Below are positions 51,761 to 63,851 of a DNA stretch of 63,851 bases, in pieces (positions within the stretch are counted from its first letter, which is position 1; every line of letters starts with the position of its first letter). The translations under genes and the position numbers were made by a program. The stretch spans positions 45,373,452 to 45,437,302 of the forward strand of contig NC_068988.1 of assembly GCF_001194135.2 (NCBI RefSeq), given 5' to 3'. Origin of the DNA: Octopus bimaculoides (Eukaryota). A model generated the notes under the pieces. It was not told where the DNA came from. It was given only the letters and a program-made list of their open reading frames with translations, and did not search any database.

Positions 51761-51763
<3 letters not shown>
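51460..51763. mobile_element. fold-back (palindromic) element, copy 2
   Basis: Hairpin 51520-51763 centred on cagactttaacag-t-ctgttaaagtctg; first about 120 bp match 13840-13965. Confidence 0.8.
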
Positions 51764-51805
<42 letters not shown>

Positions 51806-51890
51806 TATACATATATATATATTTATATATATTCTTTTTCTCTTTTACTTGTTTCAGTCATTTGACTGTAGTCATGCTGGAGTGTATATA

Positions 51891-52694
51891 TACAGGGTGC
51901 GATGGGTAAATTGTCACCATTTTGTATTTTTAATTTCACATATTTGCATTGTTTGTTTTTGATTTTGTTGACAACACACAGTATGGTAGGGGCAGTGAGA
52001 AAAACAGTACCATTATACAATTCACTCTTTGGAAATTTGCTGTACTGCTTGGCAAACATTTCAGAGTGTTTGGGTGTCAATTTGAGGACAGTGCAATCTG
52101 AGGACATGCACTGAGATTGATAAAAATCAAACATCCACTGAACAGCATGGTGTTTGGGGCGATCACTAGTGATGCTTCATTCATCTTCCCACATGGCCTC
52201 AGACTCAACACAGAAGCCTACATTAAATACCTGGAGGAGATAGTGCTGCACTAGGGCAAAAGTCCATGTGTTAGCAACAGGACTCTGCTCCATGCCACAC
52301 AATCAGGAGCACCCAGTCATGGTTGTCAGACAATTTCTGCAACTGCCCTAACATCTGGCTACCTAACTCACTGGACTGCAACCCCCTTGGTTATTTTGTG
52401 TGAGGCACAGTTGAGTGAGAGACCAACAAAACTGATTGTAGCACCAAAGATGAACTGAAAGCTAGGATTATGGCAACATTCACCAACTTAAACAAGGAGA
52501 CTGTCCAGAAGAATTGCAGGAGATTCTGAAGTCGTCTGGAGGCCGTGGTTGAAGCAAATGACGATTTAATTGAAAAAATTTACTCTTTAAGATATTTTAA
52601 TGTAATTTTGGTAAATATATCTGTTAAAATGAGATGTGACTGTTATTTTCATTTTTGCATAATTTAAACAACAATTTATTCATTGCACCCTGTA
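51891..52694 (+). mobile_element. internally deleted Tc1/maT-like transposon inserted next to a SINE-A stub (51836-51885)
   Basis: TA-CAGGGTGCGATGGGTAAATTGT / ACAATTTATTCATTGCACCCTG-TA TIRs; remnants FIFPHGLRLNTEAY, QQDSAPCH, IWLPNSLDCNPL, KDELKARI. Confidence 0.9.
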
Positions 52695-52736
<42 letters not shown>

Positions 52737-52799
52737 TAGATACACACACACATATATATATATATATATAAGAATTAAGATATAAGCTCAAATTAGTCG

Positions 52800-53180
52800 A
52801 ACTGGCTCTTGTGCGGGTGGCACATAAAATACACCATTTTGAACGTGGCCGTTGCCAGTACCGCCTGACTCTGAGAGTGTAGTGGGTGCTTTTATGTGCC
52901 ACCGCCACAAGGGCCAGTCAGGCAGTACTGGCAATGGCCATGTTCAAATGGTGTTTTTTACATGCTACCTGCACAGGAGCCAGTCCAGCAGCACTGGCAA
53001 TAACTGCACTCGAATATTCTTTTACAAGCCACCGGCACAAGTGCCAGTAAGGCGACACTGGTAACAATCACACTCGAATGGTGCTTTTTACGTGCAACTG
53101 GCATGGAAACCAGTCAGTTGCTCTGGCAACGATCATGCTCGGATGCTGTTCTTAGCGCTCCACTAGCACAGATGCTATTC
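52800..53180. mobile_element. RTE-like tandem subunits in inverted arrangement
   Basis: 52801-52872 is the reverse complement of about 52914-52985; further minus-strand units follow. Confidence 0.6.
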
Positions 53181-53282
53181 ATCGAATTTGTTTTCCGGAT
53201 ACATATGAATATCTTAAAAAAATATTCATAAAATATAAACATACATATAAATATACATAAAAATGCATGTAAATAAAACCCA

Positions 53283-53612
53283 TGGGCAAGTGTCTTCTGC
53301 TATAGCCTCGGGCCGACTAAAGCCTTGTGAGTGGATTTGGTAGACGGAAACTGAAAGAAGCCTGTCGTATATATGTATATATATATGTGTGTGTATATGT
53401 TTGTGTGTCTGTGTTTGTCCCCCCAACATCGCTTGACAATCAATGCTGGTGTGTTTATGTCCCTGTAACTTAGCTGTTCAGCAAAAAAAAAAAACGATAG
53501 TATAAGTACTAGGCTTACAAAGAATAAGTCCTGGTGTCGACTTGCTCGACTAAAGACGGTGCTCCAGCATGGCCGCAGTCAAATGACTGAAACAAATAAA
53601 AGAGTAAAAGAG
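53283..53612 (+). mobile_element. SINE-A, 5' truncated
   Basis: tgggcaagtgtcttctgctatagcctcgggccgac...ggtagacggaaactgaaagaagcc...taaaagagtaaaagagt. Confidence 0.9.
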
Positions 53613-55214
53613 TATGGAGCAAGTGCACAGCTGTCACTCAAGAGATGCAGTACATTGAAATCCCTTGATCTGGCAGTTCTGGTACCCATGGCATATAATA
53701 CACATCTACCAATTATGTAAATATGTGTGCTTTAATGCACCTTGCATCCATATAAGAGGACCTCTTAAGGAAAAAGCCACAGCATTTGATATTTTAACAA
53801 AGCATCCACATTAAGTTAGATATAGTGGTTAACTTTTAGTAACTGTAGTTACTATATAAGAAGAAAATAAGTATATCAAAAATACATACAACAAGAAATA
53901 CAAAAAGCGAAAGTTAGAGTGAAAGGAAAAATGATATAGATAATACAGCAATATAACAATAACATGGTACAATCTTTCATATTTCTTACAGATAAAAATG
54001 TTCGTGACAAGAATATTCATGAGACACATCACAAAAAATAACACTTTACCTCAGCATAAATAGCACTAAGTTTTTAATAAGTCAACTGTCAAATTATCTT
54101 GCTCTATTATGCCTAACTTAGTGTAAATAATAACGACATTTAATGCAGTAGCTGAACAAGGATGATGATGATGTTGATGTTGATGTTGATAATGACTATG
54201 ATAGAAGTTCTACTAATTTTATTTCCAAATCTAGTTTTGCCTACTCGAAACTCAATGCTTCAATAAGTCAAATTATAGACAAACTCGAAAATGAACAGGC
54301 ATAAATTTGCAATAAAGGAAAAGTCACTCGATCAGTCAAATTACCAATCGATCACCTGTTGTTATAATGCTAAGAGTAATGTTAAGAGAATAATGTGAAA
54401 ATGTACAATTTGCCAGACGTCCCAAATCTATTCAAGTTGCTGAACCAAATGGTAACTCATTAAAAGAGAATCAATACAGTAAGGACAATGTGATTTTATG
54501 TAACTGTAGAGTAATTAATAATTGCCCATTAAATGGATATTGTCAGAGTAAAATTGTAGTTTATAATTGTACAGTTAAAACATGTAGTCACTCATTCTAT
54601 GCTGAAACTCAAGTATTCAACTTCTCTCACTGAATAAATTTTAAATATTAAATCTATGGGTATAATTTATAATTCAGAATGGTCTACTTAAATGCTTCCG
54701 AACCATACCAAAGTGATAGGAAGGATTACATTCGTTCTACATGAGACTCACAAGAGATGATAAGAGCTGATTTAGTTCATTATTGAACAAAAAGTGTGAA
54801 ATTCGGTATTGACAGAAATTCTTGGGTATTTTTGCAATTATCAAAAACGAAACATTAACAGAAATAGTGCTCAAGAAAAAAGAAATTAGACCATAACACA
54901 AGAAGCAAAAATAAAATAAAATTAAATCTCTCAGTATAGAATAATTTGCATATGATATGTTGATGCATATTTTATCTTTTATATTAAATTTAATTGATTT
55001 TAATTCATTTTGACTTATTATAATCTATAATTTAAATTTGTTAATCTATAATTTTATTTTCACTTTTTATTTATACATTTATGCCTAAATTTACTATGCA
55101 AGTGAACATATGCATATGTATATAATCTGTGTATATATGTACATACGTGTTTGTGTGTGTGTGTGTGTGTGTTTTGTGCATATTTGAATTTAAATATAGA
55201 AATGTGTGTATGCG

Positions 55215-55248
<34 letters not shown>

Positions 55249-55673
55249 AGTGCATATGAATGTGTTCATATGAACATGTGTATATAAATGTATACATTTG
55301 CGACTCTGTGCATGTATATCTTTTGTATGTATAGTGAGTGTATGCGTGACTTTGTGTGGATTTATATCTGTGTGCATGTGCATATACACACATACATATA
55401 TGCATATGTACAAATATACATATGCACATATATAGGCATATATATACATATATAGATACATATACATAAATATGTAATTTGCATGTGTGTCTCCATATAG
55501 ATATGTATGTGTATAAACATTTCAATATGTTGCTTTCATTTATGCCTTTGTATAATGTACTTTAATTACAATCTCATGTGAATTACCTGCATTTTATATG
55601 TTCTTAAATTTATGATGAGTGTCTATTTAACATGTGTATCTCAGTCACGTGCATCCCTTCGTATAAGTACTAG

Positions 55674-55764
55674 AATGAAAATTGCTTCCGTGATGCAATC
55701 CCAGGTCCAAATATTTTTACGAACAAGGTCGATTTTTTCAATCTAAATATAAGAATAAACACAG
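55674..55764 (+). CDS. candidate 91-nt exon (NENCFRDAIPGPNIFTNKVDFFNLNIRINT)
   Basis: Open frame with retained CpGs, good donor CAG|gtatga, weak acceptor. Confidence 0.15.
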
Positions 55765-56354
55765 GTATGATAATAACCATTATCATTATATCTGTACATC
55801 AATCAAAGCAGATAAATCCAATAATAGGAAAATAATGTTTCAAATCATTCCAAAATGGGTTTGTTTCTATGCTCATTCATTTTGGTGATGACGATCAAAG
55901 AATTTTCCATTTCTCCCAGCACTGCTTGTTCCTGAGCCTATAATACTTCACAATTTCACCTTTTGGCTACATGCAGTCAGGCCAACACCAAGATAACATT
56001 TGTTTTTGTGCAGATTAACTTTGTATTTAAACCAGTGTCGTGTCTCCATTTTCCCCCTCTAATTTAATGTTTTTATTGTACATTTTCACTATTATATATT
56101 TCATTTTTACCCTTATTTTCTTTTTATACATACCAGAAACTGAGATTAGCTTTCCATGTTTCAAAAATTTACTTGTTTATATGAACTGTTAAGCAAATGA
56201 CAGTTATTCATCAAACTATTACTCAGTTAATGCAACTATCAGCATTATTCAAATTGATATTACAATTGTGATTTTCATTACTATTATTATTAATCTGATC
56301 ATTATTATCAGTCCGTTTCACCTAAAGAAATTCCACCACAACAAATATTAATTA

Positions 56355-56600
56355 ATTCTTTTATTAGCCACAAGGGCTCACATACATTAGCATTAAATGT
56401 CATGGTACAGACGTGGCAAAGACAACACAAAACGAGACAAAGCGTTTTACAGCATGTAAACAATATATAACAATAAAAAAATTAAACACATTAAAACTCC
56501 CAATAGGGGAGGCACTTTAAAGTCCTCATGAAAAGACCTGCAAAAGCCACAGGTGCTTGATCAACAGGGCAAGAACCTTCTCTTTTTATTTCTCACAGGT
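56355..56600 (-). mobile_element. L1/Tx1-like LINE 3' UTR fragment
   Basis: Ends (minus) gagcccttgtggctaataaaagaa, the same tail type as 26040 and 15664. Confidence 0.45.
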
Positions 56601-56964
56601 GTATGCTCAGAATTGGTCCTTTCAAACTGGCCATTCTTCCAATATTCATCACAACAAATAATAATGACTACATAATCATTATTTCATTCACTGTATTTTC
56701 CTATGTAATATCAAAACAACTGGAGATAAAATGACTTTTTGAAATATGAATGAGATAGAGCGTAGGGTTTCTATCCTCCCTAATATTTTCCTCTCTAATC
56801 CAGCAAAATCTTATGTTTTTGCCACTTTAAAGCATAATGCAATATTACACCTATTATAATTGAATTGGAATAATGCTGTAGTGGAGTTTAATGATAGATT
56901 AAGGAATTGAGCTCTAGAATTCTGAAGATATATCAGTTATATATTACATGCATGTGTGTGCTTA

Positions 56965-57230
56965 CATGGGGAAACATGGCTTAGTGTTTAGGGCGTTTTA
57001 GTTATGATAGTAAGGTTGTGGGTATGATTCCTTGGCTCTGCATTGCTCTGTGTTTCTAGCAAAGACACCGTTTTTATGTTGCTCCACTCCTCTCAACTGG
57101 CAAGAATGGATGATACTGTGATGGACCTGGCTCCTAATCATGTAGATGGGTTTGGATGATATATACTCCAGAGAATTTGGAAACTTGCCTTATGAGCCAG
57201 TAACTCAGGAAGGAACTTTGATCCGTTGGA
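56965..57230 (+). mobile_element. SINE-C group, degenerate
   Basis: catggcttagtgtttagggcg...ggtatgattcc...gcaaagacac...ttgctccactc. Confidence 0.6.
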
Positions 57231-58036
57231 TACATACACACATACACACACACCCACACATACACACACACAGATATATACACATACACACACACATGCA
57301 CACACACACAGACACACACATATATATGTACACATGCACACAAGCACACACACACACATATATGTATCATATATGGTTAATATTTAACTTTTAATAATAC
57401 ATGACCATTTGACTTTATGGTAAGTATGCATACAATATTATTTTTTCTGTACTAATTACAAAGCTTAAAACTTTCATCTTTTCCATACATTTGTCATTTC
57501 TTCCTTCCAGCCCTTACAATTGAACTATATACGATTTCTCTCCTTGGTATAATGTGTCCCCTATTTCAATTCATTAACAAGCAAATTTAAGGGTCTTTGA
57601 CGTTATTGAGGTATTTCAAAACAATTTTGATCGCACTCTATATGAATTGTGGAAACTGCCAAAATCCTTAGTAAATTAGCAGATGATGTGTTAATTTTTG
57701 TTATTTTGCATTTGTTCCATTTGACATGTGATTACATTCGCTGCTGTCATTTCCNNNNNNNNNNNNNNNNNNNNNNNNNNNNNNNNNNNNNNNNNNNNNN
57801 NNNNNNNNNNNNNNNNNNNNNNNNNNNNNNNNNNNNNNNNNNNNNNNNNNNNNNNNNNNNNNNNNNNNNNNNNNNNNNNNNNNNNNNNNNNNNNNNNNNN
57901 NNNNNNNNNNNNNNNNNNNNNNNNNNNNNNNNNNNNNNNNNNNNNNNNNNNNNNNNNNNNNNNNNNNNNNNNNNNNNNNNNNNNNNNNNNNNNNNNNNNN
58001 NNNNNNNNNNNNNNNNNNNNNNNNNNNNNNNNNNNA

Positions 58037-59133
58037 TATATATATATATATATATATATAAGTATATGCATATATGCATATAAATATATCTGCATATATG
58101 AATATATCTATTTATATATGAGTGTTTGTGTATCTATAAATAAATATATATTTATATATATACACACATACATAAACTTATATGTGTTGCGGGTATAACG
58201 AAGCAAGTGTATGCTCGTTACTGTGCTTATAAGTAGCATATGAATTTTAAAAAAATCTAAGTAGGTTATTATTGATGAGGGAACAGACATGATTACAAAA
58301 ACACAGCAGAGCTAATGTGGGCAAGACCTGCATCTATATATATATATATACACACGTATATATGTGAATATATATGTATATACATGTATATATATCTACA
58401 CACACATACATATATGCATACATATATATACATATATACATACACACATATACACACATATATATACATATATATATATGTACAAAGAAGGAAAAAGGGA
58501 GGTATGGAGTACCTAAATGTGTTCGTAAAGACATTAAGATGGTATATAAATATAAGTGTATAATTTTTAATACACATTATGCATATACACAGGGCCATAT
58601 ATATGTACATATACACATATCTATTTCTAAATGAGTGTACATATATATACATGTTTTACATGTGGGTATGTGTTTATATAAGAGTTCATATATAAGTACA
58701 CACAGTTGCATTTATATATAGATGCACAAAGACATATATATGCAGATATATGTATATATGCACATGTATATACGTATGTATATATATATTATCAATATAT
58801 GTATATTATATTTATATGAATGTTCATGTGTATGTATACACAATTTGTGTGCACACAGAAATCTTGTTTGTGTTCACATATAGATTTATACACACACACA
58901 CTTGTGCACAAACACACATGCACACACACACATAAACACACATATACATACATATACATATGCATATGCATAAGTGTATATGTATATATACCTTTATGTC
59001 CGTGTATGCGTAATTATATAGAGGTTTGTATATATACATGAATGTATGGATTTATAAATATATGTACATACGCAGACATGCAAGATGTACATCTGTATGC
59101 ATACACACACACAGACATATACACATACATATC

Positions 59134-59164
<31 letters not shown>

Positions 59165-59226
59165 ATACATATGTATACGTACACACAGATATGCGTATGT
59201 GGTTTTGTGTGTGTATGGACATATAA

Positions 59227-59300
<74 letters not shown>

Positions 59301-60017
59301 TATATGTATATATATATATGTATGTATATATATACATGAGAATGTGTGTATATGTGTGTGTATATACATATATATATATACACGCGTATATACAATCTTA
59401 TAATCACATATATCTGTATTCTTCTGTACATATGCACACACACACACACATATTTGTGTGTAATTAGAAAGATAGAGAAACAGACAGCAAGTGAAATACA
59501 CACGTACATACATGGTGACGGACACATGCAAAAATAAACGAATATTAACACACTCTAACACAATTGCACGCACACACACTCACACAAACATACACACACA
59601 CACACACACATACACACATACACACATACAGATGTGGATACATACCTGTCAATTAATTGGTCAGTGATTCCTCTCCTGAGTGATCTAAGGTCTCTCTAAT
59701 GGCAGGATATTTCAGTCTTTATTGCTGCTGCCGAGTCGTGCCGCTGTATGTAGATCACCGCAAATATGTCATGCATGAACTGCTATATTTTTATATTGCA
59801 TCAGATGAAAGAAATCTGTAGCTAAAAGACTTTTCGTCTTCTGATCATTCTTTGGCTTGACTCACACAGTCAACGTAGGGACAGATGCACACTCTCTCCA
59901 ACATACATACATATATACACACACATACAGACATACATACATACATACATACATATATGTTCATGTACATATATACGAATATGTAGAAACATGCACACAC
60001 ACACATAAATAATACAT

Positions 60018-60060
<43 letters not shown>

Positions 60061-60360
60061 TAGAAATACACACAGTGAGACATATATAGGTATATGTGTG
60101 TGTATATATAAACTGATGTTTGTATATGCAAGTGTATATAAATCGACATATATGCATATGTATATTAGTGGTGTGTGTTTCTATTTATGAACACTTATAT
60201 GCATGTATATATATATGTATGTGTGAGCGTGAGCATGTGTGTGTGTATGCACACGTATATATATGTGTATGCGTGTGTTCTTATTTCTCACAAACACGTG
60301 TACACATAGAAAATACTGTATGTCTCTGTATATATGAGTGTATATAATTATACATAGTTT
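58037..60360. repeat. extended (AT)/(AC)/(ATAC) microsatellite field
   Basis: Direct reading; interrupted by one unique block at about 59640-59890. Confidence 0.9.
59646..59815 (-). other. candidate non-coding exon (170 nt)
   Basis: cttttagctacag| acceptor and CAG|gtatg donor on the minus strand; stops in all frames; CpG-retaining island. Confidence 0.3.
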
Positions 60361-60678
60361 ATTCATTATTAAGTGTGTCAGGGTAGTTTGTACACATACA
60401 TATAACTGCATGAAATTGTGTATATGACTGCAAATTCATTACATTAATATATATATGGTGGTTGTCTACTCCTTAAACAGAGTTTGACCACCTCCTGCAC
60501 CTACACCTTAGCCCTTTCATGGTGTCTGATGTGGCTTTTTAAACCAGACAGTGTTTTGAAAAAACACCCACACAGATTGCACCTCTGATTATATATATGC
60601 CTTAGATAAGTTAGATTTGTTTTAATCAAAGACTGGTCCAGGCCATGTCTAACTTAATAGCACCAATATATATAATTC

Positions 60679-60713
<35 letters not shown>

Positions 60714-60775
60714 CAAAAGGATGTGTTATACTATTCCACAAGGTACAAAACAGCCATACCAACAATCCAACATAC

Positions 60776-60855
60776 CTCCATCTTCAGCTGCCCATGGATA
60801 TCATTATGGTTTCGACACCTGGGCAGTACCATTTAATCTACCAATGTCAACAGCA
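60776..60855 (-). other. candidate 80-nt exon (UTR or CDS start MVLPRCRNHNDIHGQLKME)
   Basis: cattttag| acceptor, GAG|gtatgt donor; only an internal ATG frame is open to the donor. Confidence 0.25.
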
Positions 60856-60913
60856 CTAAAATGAGTGTTGTTTGGTAACAAACATACCAAAGAAACTACA
60901 ACTTTCAAACACG

Positions 60914-60944
<31 letters not shown>

Positions 60945-61662
60945 TTACCTTACTCATAGGGTATTGGAATCTTATATGTATACCGTTCTGCCTAAAAAAT
61001 GGGCTTACAAATACAATATCCCTGCATATCTCACATCTATTTCCATTCCTCCAATTCACTCTTTATTTCGTATCTTATCTAAATTTACTATTGCTTAACC
61101 ATCTTATCACACCGTCTCCAATGAAGGGATATAATAAATATCCTGGAAACAGCTGTAAGACCTTCTATTTATAAATGTTCTAAAATCTACACAGCCTTGG
61201 TTTTTTTATCTCATTACAAAAAGTAAATCTTTATATATATATATAATGTATATGTATATATATGGATGCATATATGGATATGTAAAAACATATATATATA
61301 TACATGTATAACATAGATATATAGGTATGTCTCTCTATATATATACACCCTCACACACACACATATATACATGTGTGACGTTTGTGTGTTTGTGCAATCC
61401 ATTGGAGTAATGCCTGATGCTTTTGTTACATTAGAATTCATACAACAGTGTTAACAATTAAAACTGTAAAGGGAACAGAAATCTGCATATGCATTTTCAG
61501 TATGAAAGTTCCAAATAGATAAAGGGAATATATTTCTGTGTATGATACCAGATCTGTAAACAATACACCAGCAGCATGTCAGCCATTGTAATTCCTTATT
61601 CTCTCCCAATTACTGCTTTCTCCTCAAGATTAAAAGTAGGCAATTCCAAAAAAACCTCTTAC

Positions 61663-61785
61663 CATCCAATGACAATTAGTCTTGCTTCGAAAAGCTGTGG
61701 CTGCCACACCACTTAATATATAAGCTTTTGAATGATCAAAACTGCCTCTTCCTGCTGCTTCTCCAAAACATTTGATAATGGAAAT
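61663..61785 (-). CDS. candidate 123-nt exon (ISIIKCFGEAAGRGSFDHSKAYILSGVAATAFRSKTNCHWM)
   Basis: Part of ORF 61630-61881; donor ATG|gtaaga; acceptor tttgactcag| uncertain; peptide not recognised. Confidence 0.25.
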
Positions 61786-62059
61786 CTGAGTCAAACTGCT
61801 CATACGAAAACAAATGTATTCGAGTGTTGTTGTTCTTGTTTTTATTGTCGATATAATTCTCATTCTTACAGGAAGTTTCAAATTGTGTTTTAAACGAATT
61901 TCTTAGAAACCTCTGTAAAGATTTTTACATGTGAAAAAGGCTCTGAAAGATTATTTAATTTTAAAAGTCTGTCATTGATTTTGGCCTTCATCCACCCTTC
62001 GGGATTCCTTATCTAAACTTGAACTTGTATATAAATGCCTATATGTGTGTATGAGTGAA

Positions 62060-62372
62060 GATGCATGGCTCAGTGGTTACAGCATCGAGCTTACGATCGT
62101 GAGATTGTGAGTTTGATTCCTGGACTGGGTTGCGTGTTGTTTTCTTGAGCAAGACACTTTATTTCAAATTGCCCCAGTTCACTCATCTGTAGAAATGAGT
62201 TGTGACATCACTGGTGCCAAGCCTTATCGGCCTTTGCCTTACCCTTACATAACATCAGTGGTGTGGAGAGGGGAAGCTGGTATGCATGGGCGACTGCTGG
62301 CCTTCCATGAAAACAACCTTGCCTGGACTTGTGCCTTGGAGGGTAACTTTCTAGCTATAATCCCATGGTCAG
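62060..62372 (+). mobile_element. SINE-C group
   Basis: gcatggctcagtggttacagc...gagtttgattcctggactggg...ttcttgagcaagacactttatttc. Confidence 0.75.
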
Positions 62373-62632
62373 TATCTCTGTAGCAGACCTCATAAATTTA
62401 ACGCAAAATTTCACGTTGGTACATTGTTCCTGTCCATGAGATTATCACAGACTACAGCATACACAAGATGACAAAAACACAAATTTCACAACTTGCAAAG
62501 TAAACACAGCAATGTCACTCAGTACACAACCTCATAAAGGTCACGACTAGCTCTCACTCTGCATACAACCATATGCTGTCATCTGTTGGCACTCTACAGA
62601 ACTAGTCCCAGAACTTCTTGATACCACCTCAA
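62373..62632 (-). mobile_element. mariner 5' fragment, same family as 35264-36181
   Basis: Reverse complement gaggtggtatcaagaagttctgggactagtt...tgtttactttgcaagttgtgaaatttgtg...aacgtgaaattttgcgttaaa matches 35270-35510. Confidence 0.85.
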
Positions 62633-62663
62633 CATACATACATTCATACCTGTGTGTGCATGA

Positions 62664-62742
<79 letters not shown>

Positions 62743-63112
62743 TGCATATATATGCATAGATATATGCATGTATAATTATGTATATATTAGGTATGTATGT
62801 ATAAACATCAGTGCTTTTTCCTTTTTTTACTATTACCCATAGGGTTATTTGCAAGCTTTTCCCAATTTTCAAGAAAAGGTGGACCATAATCCATCTTGTA
62901 AATAATACACACAGGAAGCTGCTGCTTCTAAGGTGTGACAATGTAGTTGCACAAATTTTTTTTTATATTAATGATACTCATTGTGAATGTAAGATTAGCC
63001 ATCTAAATACTATATAAATTCCCTGTTTTTTACTATAAATATATAAACGCATTGTATATACGCTATCATCATCATCATCATCATTATATATGTATATGTA
63101 TATATATATATA

Positions 63113-63308
63113 GCCACTAAACCTTTTCTCTTTTCTCTCCCTGTTTATATCTGTGTTCCTTTCTGATAAAAAGCATAGGCTCGAAGCATAAAAGACTTTC
63201 TCACTTCCTGAGCATTAAACTAATACATCTGTTTGTTGTTTACATACCTGTCTTCGTCTTTTGTTTTTGTGTAAATTCTCACTATATATATGTGTGTGTG
63301 TATATATT

Positions 63309-63365
<57 letters not shown>

Positions 63366-63851
63366 ATGGAGGAATCCAGTGAAATCTATATGTATATCCA
63401 ATAGTAATCCAGGTGGAATACAGGTGTGTAGATGAAGAAAAGTGCAGAAACTCCAGGTAGAAGTCCAAAGTGTGAGATAAAACTGGTGCAACCACGTGAG
63501 CATGCAATATCTGGGTGAAATTTACAGAAGACAAAAGATGAAGACAGGTGTATAAACAACAAACAAGTGTATCAGCTCAGGAAGGTGAGGAAGTCTTTTA
63601 CATTTCAAGCCTATGCTCTTCAACAGAAAGGAACATGAGGAAATAAACAGCTGCTATGATTGACCGCTAGCTCCAATAGCTTATTTTTATTCTCTCTGTT
63701 CATTTTCTCGTGTTCCTCTGTGTTGAAGAGCATAGGCTCAAAATGTAAGAGACTTACTCACCTATCCAAGAATTAAACTAATACACCTGTTTGTTGTTTA
63801 TACACCTGTATTCGTCTTTTGTTTTTCTGTAAATTTCAACTATATATATAT
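63113..63851. mobile_element. Penelope-like terminal repeats: three copies (+ 63113-63290, - 63507-63640, + 63690-63851)
   Basis: Shared gagcataggctc..aaa..taaaagact...gtttgttgttta..cacctgt.ttcgtcttttgttttt.tgtaaatt; hammerhead-like motif in each; (TA)n ends. Confidence 0.7.

Larger units (their letters stand above)
3777..58036. other. assembly gaps (N runs) scattered through this span
   Basis: N runs at about 3309-3318, 3777-4315, 7189-7722, 8965-9269, 9894-10487, 14292-14301, 18137-18372, 43916-44568, 45537-45630, 49335-49915, 50141-50150, 50502-50511 and 57755-58036; most abut (TA)n. Confidence 0.98.

Noticed and set aside
10-60864. Long ORFs rich in YI/CV/HT dipeptides or X runs in the ORF track
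   Set aside because: They are translations of (AT)n/(GT)n/(AC)n microsatellites or read through N-gaps; not genes.

Overview
AT-rich, microsatellite-saturated eukaryotic genomic DNA with 13 N-gaps (about 3.9 kb in total). The repeat families and composition look like an octopus (coleoid cephalopod) draft assembly; this is my inference, not a database result. The window is intron- or intergenic-like. Almost all long ORFs in the supplied track are artefacts of (AT)n, (AC)n or trinucleotide repeats, or run through N-gaps. What the sequence supports: (1) about 35 copies of three tRNA-derived SINE groups; (2) 3' fragments of non-LTR retrotransposons, namely two R4/Dong-like RLE ends sitting in (TAA)n, L1/Tx1-like ends and RTE-like ends; (3) dead DNA transposons (two mariner, two Tc1/maT-like, one pogo-like); (4) Penelope-like (PLE) terminal repeats, one carrying a hammerhead ribozyme fold with an intact core; (5) two fold-back hairpin elements that share one end; (6) an inverted 440-bp duplication that carried unique flanking DNA 12 kb away; (7) a degenerate 20-bp minisatellite. 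A host gene could not be identified. Only short, low-confidence exon and microexon candidates are seen, on both strands. There is no rRNA, bona fide tRNA or CRISPR array. I found no convincing novel protein-coding system; the most interesting signals are RNA-structural and concern retroelement mechanism.
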